Source: Desulfuromonadales bacterium (lineage in GTDB: Bacteria > Desulfobacterota > Desulfuromonadia > Desulfuromonadales > SZUA-540). Taken from it: 62,571 bases of DNA. Shown here in pieces: positions 9,941 through 18,981 of this stretch (positions within the stretch are counted from its first letter, which is position 1; every line of letters begins with the position of its first letter). The notes below the pieces were generated by a model. It was not told where the DNA came from. It saw only the letters and a program-made list of their open reading frames with translations, and searched no databases. Made by a program: the position numbers and the translations under genes. The stretch lies in NCBI GenBank assembly GCA_033549025.1, contig JAWSUS010000021.1, positions 1-62,571 on the forward strand, written 5' to 3'.

Positions 9941-11146
9941 TTAGAAAATGTAGCCGAAACCGATGTTGAGTTCGTCGGCGCGGACGCCGTCCTTCTTGTC
10001 GAAATTGCTGTAGTCGGCCTTGATAACGACGTTGGGGATCGGCTTGTAGCTGAGACCCGTTACCAGCAGTTCCACATCCTCATTGTTGCCGTCGTAATCG
10101 AGATTCTCGTAGCGCACGAAGGGGGCGAGGTAATGGCTGGTGCCCTGGACGAGGTGAGGCAGCACATTGTAGGCGACCTCCCCGTAATAGGCGAAGATCT
10201 CATCGGGGACATCGGCACCGACGGCCTCGGCGTCATCGATCTTGACCTGAGAGGCGAGGGCCTTGAGTTCAAGGCCGCGAACCTTGTACTGCGAATGAAT
10301 CTCGTAGATCTCGGTGAAGACATCGGCTTCACGGTTGCTGGTGTCGACAACCTGCCCCTGACCTGAATCGCCCAGGTAGAAGCTGCCGCCGATATTGAGG
10401 CCGAGGATCGGTTCGTAATCGAGGCGGCCCACCAGAGCCCAGTCTTCCGCTTTGGCTTTGGAGGCTTTCTGACGCCCGCCACGCAGTCCCTGCGAGGTAA
10501 AGTCAGCCCCGTCAAACCCATTCATGACATAGAGTTTGTAATCGACTTTGTCTGTCAGGCTGCCGAAGGCGCCGACACCCATCTCCCGCCAGGTGGAAGG
10601 AATGACCTGCCGTTCGACAAGCGGACGGTCAACGCCGTGAAAGAGGGTAGGCTCGTGCATCTCGTTGGTGAGACCCACCGGCGCCAGCAACAGGCCACCG
10701 CGCAGATTGATCTTGTCGTGCAGCAGGAAGTCGAGGCTGGCCATTTCGACGTAGGACTCGTTGGCATGCTCAAACTCGATTTCCGTGTTCAGGATGATTT
10801 TGTCGGTGAACTTGTAGCCGACATAAAGAATGGCCCGCAGCATGTCGGCCTGATCGATTTTGCTCCCTTTGTCGCTGGTGTAGTTTTTAAACTGGCCTTC
10901 TCCGTAGCCGCCGATGGAAAGGCCCTGGTTGAGCTTGTAGACCTTGGAGGCTGCCGGCCCATAGCCGAAGGCCGAGCTGTATTCGGCGTCTTCTACGGCC
11001 GATTCGTTCTTGAGTTTCTGCAGTTCTTCGGTGACCAGGTCAAGGCGGCGCTCCAGCTCTTCGTTGCTGGCTGCAAAACCGCTGGCCGGAACGAAGGCCA
11101 GAAGCAGGGCGAAAATAACAGACAGGCGGATTAAAGGTTTCATCAC
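9941..11146 (-). CDS. outer membrane porin-like beta-barrel
   Basis: Signal peptide, short coiled coil, IGGYGE, EIEFEH, C-terminal GYIF. Confidence 0.85.
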   Translation of the reverse strand: MMKPLIRLSVIFALLLAFVPASGFAASNEELERRLDLVTEELQKLKNESAVEDAEYSSAFGYGPAASKVYKLNQGLSIGGYGEGQFKNYTSDKGSKIDQADMLRAILYVGYKFTDKIILNTEIEFEHANESYVEMASLDFLLHDKINLRGGLLLAPVGLTNEMHEPTLFHGVDRPLVERQVIPSTWREMGVGAFGSLTDKVDYKLYVMNGFDGADFTSQGLRGGRQKASKAKAEDWALVGRLDYEPILGLNIGGSFYLGDSGQGQVVDTSNREADVFTEIYEIHSQYKVRGLELKALASQVKIDDAEAVGADVPDEIFAYYGEVAYNVLPHLVQGTSHYLAPFVRYENLDYDGNNEDVELLVTGLSYKPIPNVVIKADYSNFDKKDGVRADELNIGFGYIF

Positions 11147-11215
11147 AGGTCATGCTCCTCAGGGTTAGGGGTTGGGTTGCAAGGGACCGGGATCCGCGGC
11201 ACCCTTACGCGGAAA

Positions 11216-11283
11216 TGAAAATCGTTTTCAGAAAATAGGGAAGCCGACTCTTTCTGTCAAGAAGAAAATGAAAGCCATTATCA
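11216..11283. promoter_or_regulatory. two Fur-box-like operators
   Basis: TGAAAATCGTTTTCA (11216-11230) and TGAAAGCCATTATCA (11269-11283) match the 7-1-7 TGATAATnATTATCA pattern. Confidence 0.7.
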
Positions 11284-11431
11284 AAAAATAAAAAGATGGC
11301 CTGGCCGAGGGTTGAGCGCAAATTTGCATTCCCCGTCTGACTTGTTAGCCTTGGAGCGAGAGCAGCGACCTCCTTGCTGCCCATCAGACAGTAACATCAC
11401 AATGGGAATGTTTTGTTTCCAAGGAGATGTC

Positions 11432-13204
11432 ATGAGCCAGGAAAACCTGCTGTCCCGCCGCCATTTCCTTCAGGGGGTGGGCTCCGTCTTTTTTCTTGCC
11501 GGGCTGCAAAGTGCTTTTCCGCTTCCCCTCTGGGCCCGGCCAAACCACTGGGGCCTTGACGGCCTGCCGCCAGCGCGGGATCGCTACGACCTGACCATCG
11601 GCTACACTCCCATTACCATTGACGGTCGCGAGGGCCGAGCCACCGGCATCAACGGCACGGTGCCCGGCCCTCTCGTGCGTCTGCGCGAAGGGGATGACGT
11701 CACCCTCAATGTCACCAACGCCCTGATGGACACCGAACACTCCTCCATCCACTGGCACGGGATATTAGTGCCCTTTCCCATGGATGGCGTGCCGGGGGTC
11801 AACTTCGCCGGCATTCCGCCCGGGGAGACCTTCGCCTATCGTTACAAGCTGGTCCAGTCGGGAACCTACTGGTATCACAGCCACTCCTTCCTGCAGGAAC
11901 AGTCGGGCACCTACGGTCCCCTCATTATCGATCCCAAGGAAGGCGAGCCCTGGGCCTATGATCGCGACTACGTGGTGGTCCTCTCCGACTGGTCCTTTGA
12001 AAGGCCGGAGACGCTTTTCCGGAATCTCAATCTTCTGGGCCACTATTACAATTATCAGCAGCGCACCCTGGGGGATTTGATCCGGGACATTCGTCAGGAC
12101 GGCTTCAAGGAGACCCTGGACGAACGGCTGGCCTGGGGGAAGATGCGCATGAGCCCGGTGGACCTGGCCGATGTGACGGGAGCGGCGTACACCTACCTGA
12201 TGAACGGCAACAGCCCGGATATGAACTGGACGGCCCTCTTTGCCCCGGGTGAAACCGTGCGCCTGCGATTCATAAACGCCTCGGCCATGAGCAACTTCGA
12301 CGTGCGCATCCCCGGCCTCGACATGGACGTGGTCATGGCCGACGGCAAGGCGGTCAGGCCTGTAACGGTGCAGGAATTCCGCATTGGTGTGGCGGAGACC
12401 TACGATGTACTGGTCCGTCCCCGGGAAGATCGTCCCTTCACGCTCTTCGCCGAATCCATCGATCGCAGCGGCTATGCCCGCGGCACCCTATCGCCGGAAC
12501 CCGGCCTGTCGGCGTCGGTGCCGCCGCTGCGCGAGCGACCCGTGCGCCGATTGCAGGATATCGGTATGGGGATGATGGTGGGGGGGATGAAGGACGGTGC
12601 GATGAGTGGCGGGCACGGCGGCCATGGCAGCCATGGCGACAGTTCAGCCGGGAAGGATCCGCGCATTCCCGGACCGAATGGACCGGAGCCGTTTAAGCCG
12701 GACCGAAAGACCTCTGTCAACGTGGCCATGACTATTCCCAACCCCCGCTACCGCTTTGACGAACCTGGGCTCGGTCTCGGCCATGATGGCTGGAAGGTTC
12801 TCACCTATGAAGACCTGACCTCTGATGAGCCGCCGGAATATGCCGACACCCCTGAGCGGGAGATGACCATCCATATCACGGCCAACATGGAGCGCTACAT
12901 GTTCTCCTTCGATGGCCTGAAATACACCGAACATCCCGGTCCCTACCAATTTCGTCACCAGGAACGCCTGCGCCTCTTTCTGGTAAATCACACCATGATG
13001 GATCATCCGATTCACCTGCACGGCATGTGGATGCAGCTGGAAAATGGGGCCGACAGGCTGCCCTACAAGCACACCATCCTGGTTAAACCCGGTGAAGTGG
13101 TCTCCGCCCTGATCACACCGATTGAAAAAGGGGATTGGGCGTTTCACTGTCATCTGCTCTTTCACATGGAAGCGGGCATGTTTCAGGTCGTGCGGGTGAG
13201 CTGA
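11432..13204 (+). CDS. copA: copper-resistance multicopper oxidase (CopA/PcoA type), Tat-exported
   Basis: SRRHFL Tat motif; HWH, WYHSH, HPIHLH, HCHLLFHM Cu motifs; Met/His-rich loop. Confidence 0.93.
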   Translation: MSQENLLSRRHFLQGVGSVFFLAGLQSAFPLPLWARPNHWGLDGLPPARDRYDLTIGYTPITIDGREGRATGINGTVPGPLVRLREGDDVTLNVTNALMDTEHSSIHWHGILVPFPMDGVPGVNFAGIPPGETFAYRYKLVQSGTYWYHSHSFLQEQSGTYGPLIIDPKEGEPWAYDRDYVVVLSDWSFERPETLFRNLNLLGHYYNYQQRTLGDLIRDIRQDGFKETLDERLAWGKMRMSPVDLADVTGAAYTYLMNGNSPDMNWTALFAPGETVRLRFINASAMSNFDVRIPGLDMDVVMADGKAVRPVTVQEFRIGVAETYDVLVRPREDRPFTLFAESIDRSGYARGTLSPEPGLSASVPPLRERPVRRLQDIGMGMMVGGMKDGAMSGGHGGHGSHGDSSAGKDPRIPGPNGPEPFKPDRKTSVNVAMTIPNPRYRFDEPGLGLGHDGWKVLTYEDLTSDEPPEYADTPEREMTIHITANMERYMFSFDGLKYTEHPGPYQFRHQERLRLFLVNHTMMDHPIHLHGMWMQLENGADRLPYKHTILVKPGEVVSALITPIEKGDWAFHCHLLFHMEAGMFQVVRVS

Positions 13205-13227
13205 GGCAAGACGGGAGAAAGGATATT

Positions 13228-13974
13228 ATGACGAGATTTGTTTTTTTGCTCCTCTTTGCCGTCCTGCCCGCCGTGGGTCTGGCTGCCGACGGCGATCCGC
13301 AGGGAAATTTCGGCCGACAGCCGGTGCACGACAACCAGCTCTTTGTCACCTTCAAGGCGGACCGATTCGAACATCAGTGGAAAGAGCACGGTGTCGAGGT
13401 CTTTTTATGGGATGTGCAGGGCTGGGTCGGGGAGGACTACAACAAGCTTTACCTGAAAAGTGAGGGAGAACTGCTGCTCGAAGACAGCCAGTCCGTGGAG
13501 GAGGCCGACCTGGAACTGCTGTACAGTCGAGCTCTTTCAAAATTCTGGGATGTGCAGTTCGGCTTCCGGCAGGACTTCCGGCCGCAGCCGCAGCGAACCT
13601 TCGCCGCCTTGGGAATCCAGGGACTGGCCCCTTACTGGTTCGAAGTGGACGCCACCGCCTACCTGAGCGAGGACGGAGATCTGTCAGCTGCCGTGGAAGC
13701 AGAATACGAGGTCATGCTGACCCAACGGCTGCATATCGTTCCCCGGTTGGAAATGGGGCTGTCACTGAACGATGTCCCCGAGTACGAGCAGTGGCAGGGG
13801 ATAACGGATCTGACCCTCGGTGCACGGCTCAGGTACCAGATCAGTCGGAAACTGGCCCCTTATGTAGGCGTTACCTGGCACCGCAAAATCGGCGAAACGG
13901 CGCACCAGCTAAAAAAGGTGGGAGAGGATGTCGATGATCTGGGCGTCGTTGCCGGGGTGAGGTTCTGGTTCTAG
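13228..13974 (+). CDS. copB: copper resistance outer membrane protein CopB
   Basis: GLAPYWFEVD, LTQRL, APYVGV, C-terminal RFWF; follows the multicopper oxidase. Confidence 0.92.
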   Translation: MTRFVFLLLFAVLPAVGLAADGDPQGNFGRQPVHDNQLFVTFKADRFEHQWKEHGVEVFLWDVQGWVGEDYNKLYLKSEGELLLEDSQSVEEADLELLYSRALSKFWDVQFGFRQDFRPQPQRTFAALGIQGLAPYWFEVDATAYLSEDGDLSAAVEAEYEVMLTQRLHIVPRLEMGLSLNDVPEYEQWQGITDLTLGARLRYQISRKLAPYVGVTWHRKIGETAHQLKKVGEDVDDLGVVAGVRFWF

Positions 13975-14012
13975 GGCCAATATCCATCGGGAAAGAGGAT
14001 TATGGAGTGCGG

Positions 14013-16025
14013 TCACCCGTGTCGGGAGGGTGGCCGCACGTTTTTTCGGTCGCTACGGACGTAGGGGTCCTTTGCCGGTTCGCTCCGGTGGATCCGGTAG
14101 CGCTGTTCCCGGTAAGCGATGGCGGGCCACAGAGCCTCGGCCAGGGCGTCCCGAACGAGCTCGGGTTCTTCCGTGGATTCGTCAAGGCGGCCGTCGCGAT
14201 AGACATACTGGCGGGCCGCTTTGTCGGGCGTGTGAATAACCACCTTTTCTCCCACCATATACGCCTGGTTGTTGCCAAACTGCATGATGGCCCGCCCGGG
14301 ATCGTCGCCGGGCAACTGCAGCAGATCGTGGCCGGGCATGGGGTGACTTGACTCGATGCCCATGAGGGAGAGCAGGGTGGGGGGGAGATCGAGCTGGCTG
14401 GCCACCTTGTCATAACGGCCGGGGGCGATATCGGCGCCGAGGATCAAAGCCGGGATGTGGAAATATTTGATGGGAACAAGCTCGTCCCCGAAAACACGGT
14501 CCTCGTGGTCGGCCACCACCAGGAAAAGGGTGTTGTCCCAGTAAGAAGCCTGGCGGGCCTTGGCAAAGAACTGGCCCAGGGCATAATCGGCATATTTGAC
14601 CGCATTGGTGCGGGAATTCTTCGGTTGCTCGTAAAGAGCGATACGGTTGTCGGGAAATTCGAAGGGGGAGTGGTTGGAGACGCTGAAGACGAAGGTGAAA
14701 AAGGGTTGATCGGCGTGAGCCAGCAGTTCCTCGTGGGTGCGCTGGAAAATGTCCTCGTCGCAAACGCCCCAGGATCCGCGAAAGGTCCAGTCGCTGAACT
14801 GCTTCTCGTCGATGACCCGGTCGAAGCCGTTGCCGAGGAAGAAGCTGCGCATATTGTCAAACTGGCTGTCGCCGCCGTAAATGAACTCGGAAGAGTAGCC
14901 CTGTGATTTCAGCAGGCGGGCCAGGGTGAAGAAATTCTGCTGGGCCAGCCCCAGTTTCACTACACTGCGGGCCGGCGTGGGTGGAAAGCCGGTGACCACC
15001 GCTTCGACCCCCCGTATGGAGCGGGTGCCGGTGGCATAAAGCTGGCTGAACCAGAGCCCTTGGGTGGATAACTTCTCCAGCTCGGGTGTCAGCGGCAGGC
15101 CGCCGAGGGATTGAACATAGCTGGCCCCCAGACTTTCTTCGAGAATAATGACCAGATTGAGCGGTTTTTGACGTATTCTGCCGGGAAGCTGATGATGCAG
15201 GGTGGGGATATCCGGGTTGCTGAAAGCCGTTTCCGGAAGCCCCATTTCCCGGTGTACGCGGCGGAAGACCTCCTCCTTAGGCATCTTGCCATAAAAACGT
15301 ACGGAGTCCGATTCATCCTGCAGGCGGGAAACAGCGTAACCCAGGGAATAGGCGGAACTGACCCCCAGTTGATTGACCAGAGGGTCGTTGCAAAAAGCCA
15401 CCGTGCTCAGGTTGGCCGGGCGATGGCTGAAGCTGGAACGGGCACCGGCCAGCAGCACCAGGACAATCAACGGCAAGACGGCCAGCCGCCGCCACCATCC
15501 CCAGGGGTGGGACTTTTCAACCAGTCGGCGGCTCATCGACCAGGCCCCCCAGGTCAGGAGAATCACCGCAACGGCCGCCAGCAGCAGGGGGAGTTTGTAG
15601 GCGGCCCAAAGGGTCGCGAAGACCTCTTTCGGGTGATCGAGGTACTCGAAGAAGAGGCGGTTGGGACGACTGTCGTACTGATCGATGAAAGCCGGTGTCG
15701 CCGCCTCCATGAAGACGATGAAAACCGAGTAGAACGCCAGCCAGGTTGGCAGTATTTTTCTCCAGGGCCGCAGAGCGGCCTTGCGTCCGGGTAAGAGCAG
15801 GGCGACGAGGACAGGAAGTGAAACGGCGTAGCAGAGCAGGACGACATCCATGCGCAGGCCATAGCCGAGGACGGTCCACAGGCCGTCGACGGCCATGATG
15901 CGGTCCCATTTCCAGGCCATGAGCCCTAGCCGGGCCAGACTCAGAAAGGATAAAGCAGTCAGGAAAAAAGCGACGATTGGCAGAAGTGGCCCCAGAAACT
16001 TGACGAAGCGATCGGTTCGGGACAT
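14013..16025 (-). CDS. LTA synthase/sulfatase family membrane protein
   Basis: N-terminal TMs, NLVIILEES, SNHSPF, YADYALG, VADH. Confidence 0.88.
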   Translation of the reverse strand: MSRTDRFVKFLGPLLPIVAFFLTALSFLSLARLGLMAWKWDRIMAVDGLWTVLGYGLRMDVVLLCYAVSLPVLVALLLPGRKAALRPWRKILPTWLAFYSVFIVFMEAATPAFIDQYDSRPNRLFFEYLDHPKEVFATLWAAYKLPLLLAAVAVILLTWGAWSMSRRLVEKSHPWGWWRRLAVLPLIVLVLLAGARSSFSHRPANLSTVAFCNDPLVNQLGVSSAYSLGYAVSRLQDESDSVRFYGKMPKEEVFRRVHREMGLPETAFSNPDIPTLHHQLPGRIRQKPLNLVIILEESLGASYVQSLGGLPLTPELEKLSTQGLWFSQLYATGTRSIRGVEAVVTGFPPTPARSVVKLGLAQQNFFTLARLLKSQGYSSEFIYGGDSQFDNMRSFFLGNGFDRVIDEKQFSDWTFRGSWGVCDEDIFQRTHEELLAHADQPFFTFVFSVSNHSPFEFPDNRIALYEQPKNSRTNAVKYADYALGQFFAKARQASYWDNTLFLVVADHEDRVFGDELVPIKYFHIPALILGADIAPGRYDKVASQLDLPPTLLSLMGIESSHPMPGHDLLQLPGDDPGRAIMQFGNNQAYMVGEKVVIHTPDKAARQYVYRDGRLDESTEEPELVRDALAEALWPAIAYREQRYRIHRSEPAKDPYVRSDRKNVRPPSRHG

Positions 16026-16216
16026 TCGCGCGGGCTCCTTGGCTGGAGGATATGCAGGGGGGTAGAGTGGCAGGAAGAAATAACCACTTTGAGCTACTAT
16101 CTCATAATTCGAATACTATAATCCTTTTGATTTATTGCTGACAATCAAATTCTTGAGTCAGTAGCTGGTATTTTGTTTCTTTGAGGTTTCTTCTGAATGC
16201 AGCAAGGGGGAAAGAG

Positions 16217-16480
16217 ATGGATGTTATGAACCACCTGCAGCAGGCCGTGAAGCGGGCACAGGACGAAAACGAACTGCCGGATTTTCTGGCTGCAAGAATT
16301 CTCCGTATGGCCGAGCAGCCAGACCGATACAGGGTGCTGCAGGCCGATATAGAGCGTCTCATCGATCAGTTGGCCGATTACGATACCTACGGGCAGACCG
16401 GCTATCTGGGCATGGGGGTCAACAACGTCATCCTGGAAAAAGCCATCGAGCGATTAGAAGAGAAGGCGGCCAGATTATGA
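16217..16480 (+). CDS. small helical hypothetical protein coupled to the Hen1-like gene
   Basis: ~87 aa, purine-rich RBS, stop overlaps the next start (ATGA); start could be 16226. Confidence 0.7.
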   Translation: MDVMNHLQQAVKRAQDENELPDFLAARILRMAEQPDRYRVLQADIERLIDQLADYDTYGQTGYLGMGVNNVILEKAIERLEEKAARL

Positions 16481-17109
16481 AAAGCTATGCGCCCGGACGC
16501 GAGGACGAGGTGACGTCCCTGCATGATGAACGCCTGGATAAGATCGTGCAGGTCCTGCGACACCAGCAGGCCGAAACGGTGCTGGATTTAGGCTGCGGCG
16601 CGGGCGAGCTGCTTGCCCGACTGGCCTCGGAGCCAACCTTCCGCAAGATAGTCGGTCTCGATATTTCGCTGGCAGCCCTCAGCACCGCCCGGGATTTGCT
16701 TGAGCGTCTCGGCCATCCGGCCGATGGCAGGCGCCTCAGCCTCAGTCATGCCTCCTTTACCGAGGCTTCTAATGATTTCAGCGGTTTCGATGCGGCTGTG
16801 ATGCTCGAAACCCTTGAACATATCGATCCTCAGCGACTCTCCGTCCTTGAGAGGACGGTCTTTGGCGGTTTCCGACCTACTCTGGTCATCGTGACCACGC
16901 CCAATCGGGAATACAATGTCCTGCATGGCCTGCCCCAGGGCACCTTGCGGCATCGCGACCATCGCTTCGAATGGGACCGCGATAAATTCCGCCAATGGGC
17001 GACAGGCGTCGCCGGTCGCAACGGGTACCAGGTCACTTTCGACGCCATCGGTCCGGTCGATCCCTTATACGGCAGCTCCACCCAGATGGCCGTCTTTTCC
17101 TGCCCCTAG
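16477..17109 (+). CDS. Hen1-like 3'-terminal RNA 2'-O-methyltransferase (catalytic domain only)
   Basis: VLDLGCGAGELL, ETLEH, TTPNREYN, RHRDHRFEW, STQMAVF. Confidence 0.85.
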   Translation: MKSYAPGREDEVTSLHDERLDKIVQVLRHQQAETVLDLGCGAGELLARLASEPTFRKIVGLDISLAALSTARDLLERLGHPADGRRLSLSHASFTEASNDFSGFDAAVMLETLEHIDPQRLSVLERTVFGGFRPTLVIVTTPNREYNVLHGLPQGTLRHRDHRFEWDRDKFRQWATGVAGRNGYQVTFDAIGPVDPLYGSSTQMAVFSCP

Positions 17110-17259
17110 ATCATCTCTCCAGCCCTTTTCGGCCCCATCCCGGGGCTTGTAGAATATTCTGTATCCGCAGCAGCATATTCATCATCTCTCAGGGCATCCC
17201 ATCGTTTCCCTTCTTGCTATATCCTGCTAATTCAAAGACTTATAGGTTTAAAGAGTACA

Positions 17260-17275
17260 TGGCACGACTTGTGAT
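17260..17275 (+). promoter_or_regulatory. candidate sigma54 promoter (degenerate -12)
   Basis: TGGCACGACTTGTGAT; IHF-like ATTCAAAGACTTA at 17230-17242. Confidence 0.45.
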
Positions 17276-17375
17276 ACGTGTCTTGCTCATAACGCCTCCT
17301 TTTAATGTCGTCCTGAGCAGGACATAAAAAGGCTCCTTTTTTCCCGTTTTTTCGCCTTTCAGAGGAGTTTTTTCG

Positions 17376-18224
17376 ATGAAATTTCGCGTCGCTCTCCTGG
17401 CCGTCACTCTGACCGTCCTGGCTGCCACCGTAACCATTGCCTTCCGCGCCACTCTGTTCCCCCAGCCTGGAGCCCTTGCCGAATATGCCGTTTCCAATCT
17501 TACGTGCGGTTCCTGCGTTGAAAATATCCGCAACGCCCTGAGTCGAACCGAGGGGGTTGGAGAGATCGAGGTCAGTGTGGCAACGGGCCGCAGCCGTGTC
17601 GTTTTTGACCCGAATGAAATTGAACCGTCGCGCATCGCGGAGATCATGGAAGCGGCCGGCTATCCGTCCAAACTGCAATATGTGCTGTCTTCTGACGAAT
17701 ACAAAGGGAGGCAAAAAGAAGAGGACCGTTTAGCCGAGCGTTTCGTCGCCAGGGTCGGCGACCGGCTGATCCCCAGGACGGAATTCCAAACTGAGCTGGA
17801 CCTTCTTGGCCGGTCGCGGCCCGATGGGGATACTCGGGGCCTTGGCCAGGTCGCTTGGGAGAGGCTCCTGCAGAGAGAAGTTCTGTTCGCCGAAGCTGAA
17901 CGGCAAGGCCTTGTCGTATCCGACCAGGAGGTCAGCCTCGAAATCGACGGGATGAAGGAGAAAGTGGACAACTTCGAGTCCTTGATTCTGAAGCGCTACG
18001 ACAGCCTGGAGGCATTCCATAGCGCGGTAAAGATGAATCTCCTTTTTGAACGACTGTTCGAAAAGGCTGTTCCGGCTACGGATACTGATCCTGCAGCACG
18101 CAATATTGCCCTGCAGAAATGGTACAGCGACCTGCTCACCCGCTGCCCGGTCACCATTTTTGACCCCAGTCTCAAGATCGCCGCCCAGAACGCTGGCGGC
18201 TGCGGTAGCGCCTGCTGCGGCTGA
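17376..18224 (+). CDS. exported heavy-metal-associated (HMA) domain protein with SurA-N-like region and Cys-rich tail
   Basis: N-terminal signal/TM, LTCGSC HMA motif, VARV..LLQREVLFAEAERQGLVVS, C-terminal GGCGSACCG. Confidence 0.8.
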   Translation: MKFRVALLAVTLTVLAATVTIAFRATLFPQPGALAEYAVSNLTCGSCVENIRNALSRTEGVGEIEVSVATGRSRVVFDPNEIEPSRIAEIMEAAGYPSKLQYVLSSDEYKGRQKEEDRLAERFVARVGDRLIPRTEFQTELDLLGRSRPDGDTRGLGQVAWERLLQREVLFAEAERQGLVVSDQEVSLEIDGMKEKVDNFESLILKRYDSLEAFHSAVKMNLLFERLFEKAVPATDTDPAARNIALQKWYSDLLTRCPVTIFDPSLKIAAQNAGGCGSACCG

Positions 18225-18253
18225 ACCCTGGTACTCTCTGACGCCTTATCCCA

Positions 18254-18291
18254 GTGCAATTGTCTGAGGAATATTCCTCAGACAATTGCAC
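18254..18291. repeat. perfect 38-bp palindrome
   Basis: GTGCAATTGTCTGAGGAAT|ATTCCTCAGACAATTGCAC equals its own reverse complement. Confidence 0.95.
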
Positions 18292-18385
18292 ACTATTCAA
18301 CGACCAGAGACCGCGAAGGAGAGGTCATAATCGGAGTGGATCTGGAAAATGCTTGAATTTCAAATAGTTGTGTCAACCATTTGAT

Positions 18386-18402
18386 TTGGCACACCCCGTG
18401 TA
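18386..18402 (+). promoter_or_regulatory. candidate sigma54 promoter (degenerate -12)
   Basis: TTGGCACACCCCGTGTA; IHF-like TTTCAAATAGTTG at 18358-18370. Confidence 0.5.
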
Positions 18403-18456
18403 GACAGGTAAGCCTGAACAGGCTTTTCCATCCCATTCAACAAGGAGAAATCCACC

Positions 18457-18981
18457 ATGACCGAGCAGGACAAGAAACAACAATTTGAACAGCCCGCCCA
18501 AAATAAGCTGCCGCGCCTTGTCATCATCCTGACGATTCTGGTTGCGTTGGCGGCCGCCGCCTGGACGGTAATTCCCGGCGATGCAGCAGGCAGTAAATTG
18601 CTGAAGGCTGAAGGGGGCCTCGTGCAGATTGACCAGGCCGATCTTGCCGACGGGCAAGCCAGGTACTATCGGGTACAGGGGGCGGAAAACGAAATCAACT
18701 TCTTTCTGGTTCAGAGCCAAGATGGCGAAATCCGCTCGGCCTTTGATACCTGTGACGTCTGTTTCCGCGCCCAAAAAGGCTACCGGCAGGAAGGGGATTC
18801 CATGATCTGCAACAACTGCAATCAGGCCTTCAAGACGGAGCTGGTCGGGGTGATCAAGGGCGGCTGCAACCCGGCGCCTCTCGCCAAAGAGCTGCGTGAC
18901 GGCAAGGTGATCATCTCGCTGGCGGACCTGGAGCAGGGAAGCTGGTACTTTGCCGCTCAGCCGCAAAAACGGTCCATGTAA
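18457..18981 (+). CDS. DUF2318 membrane-anchored Cys-rich (putative Fe-S) protein
   Basis: AFDTCDVC, CNNC, GGCNP motifs. Confidence 0.88.
   Translation: MTEQDKKQQFEQPAQNKLPRLVIILTILVALAAAAWTVIPGDAAGSKLLKAEGGLVQIDQADLADGQARYYRVQGAENEINFFLVQSQDGEIRSAFDTCDVCFRAQKGYRQEGDSMICNNCNQAFKTELVGVIKGGCNPAPLAKELRDGKVIISLADLEQGSWYFAAQPQKRSM

Noticed and set aside
18195..18224. TGA after the CCG tail of the HMA protein as selenocysteine
   Set aside because: The tail already resembles a natural C-terminus, the UGA does not complete a CU or CxxU motif, and no recognisable continuation follows
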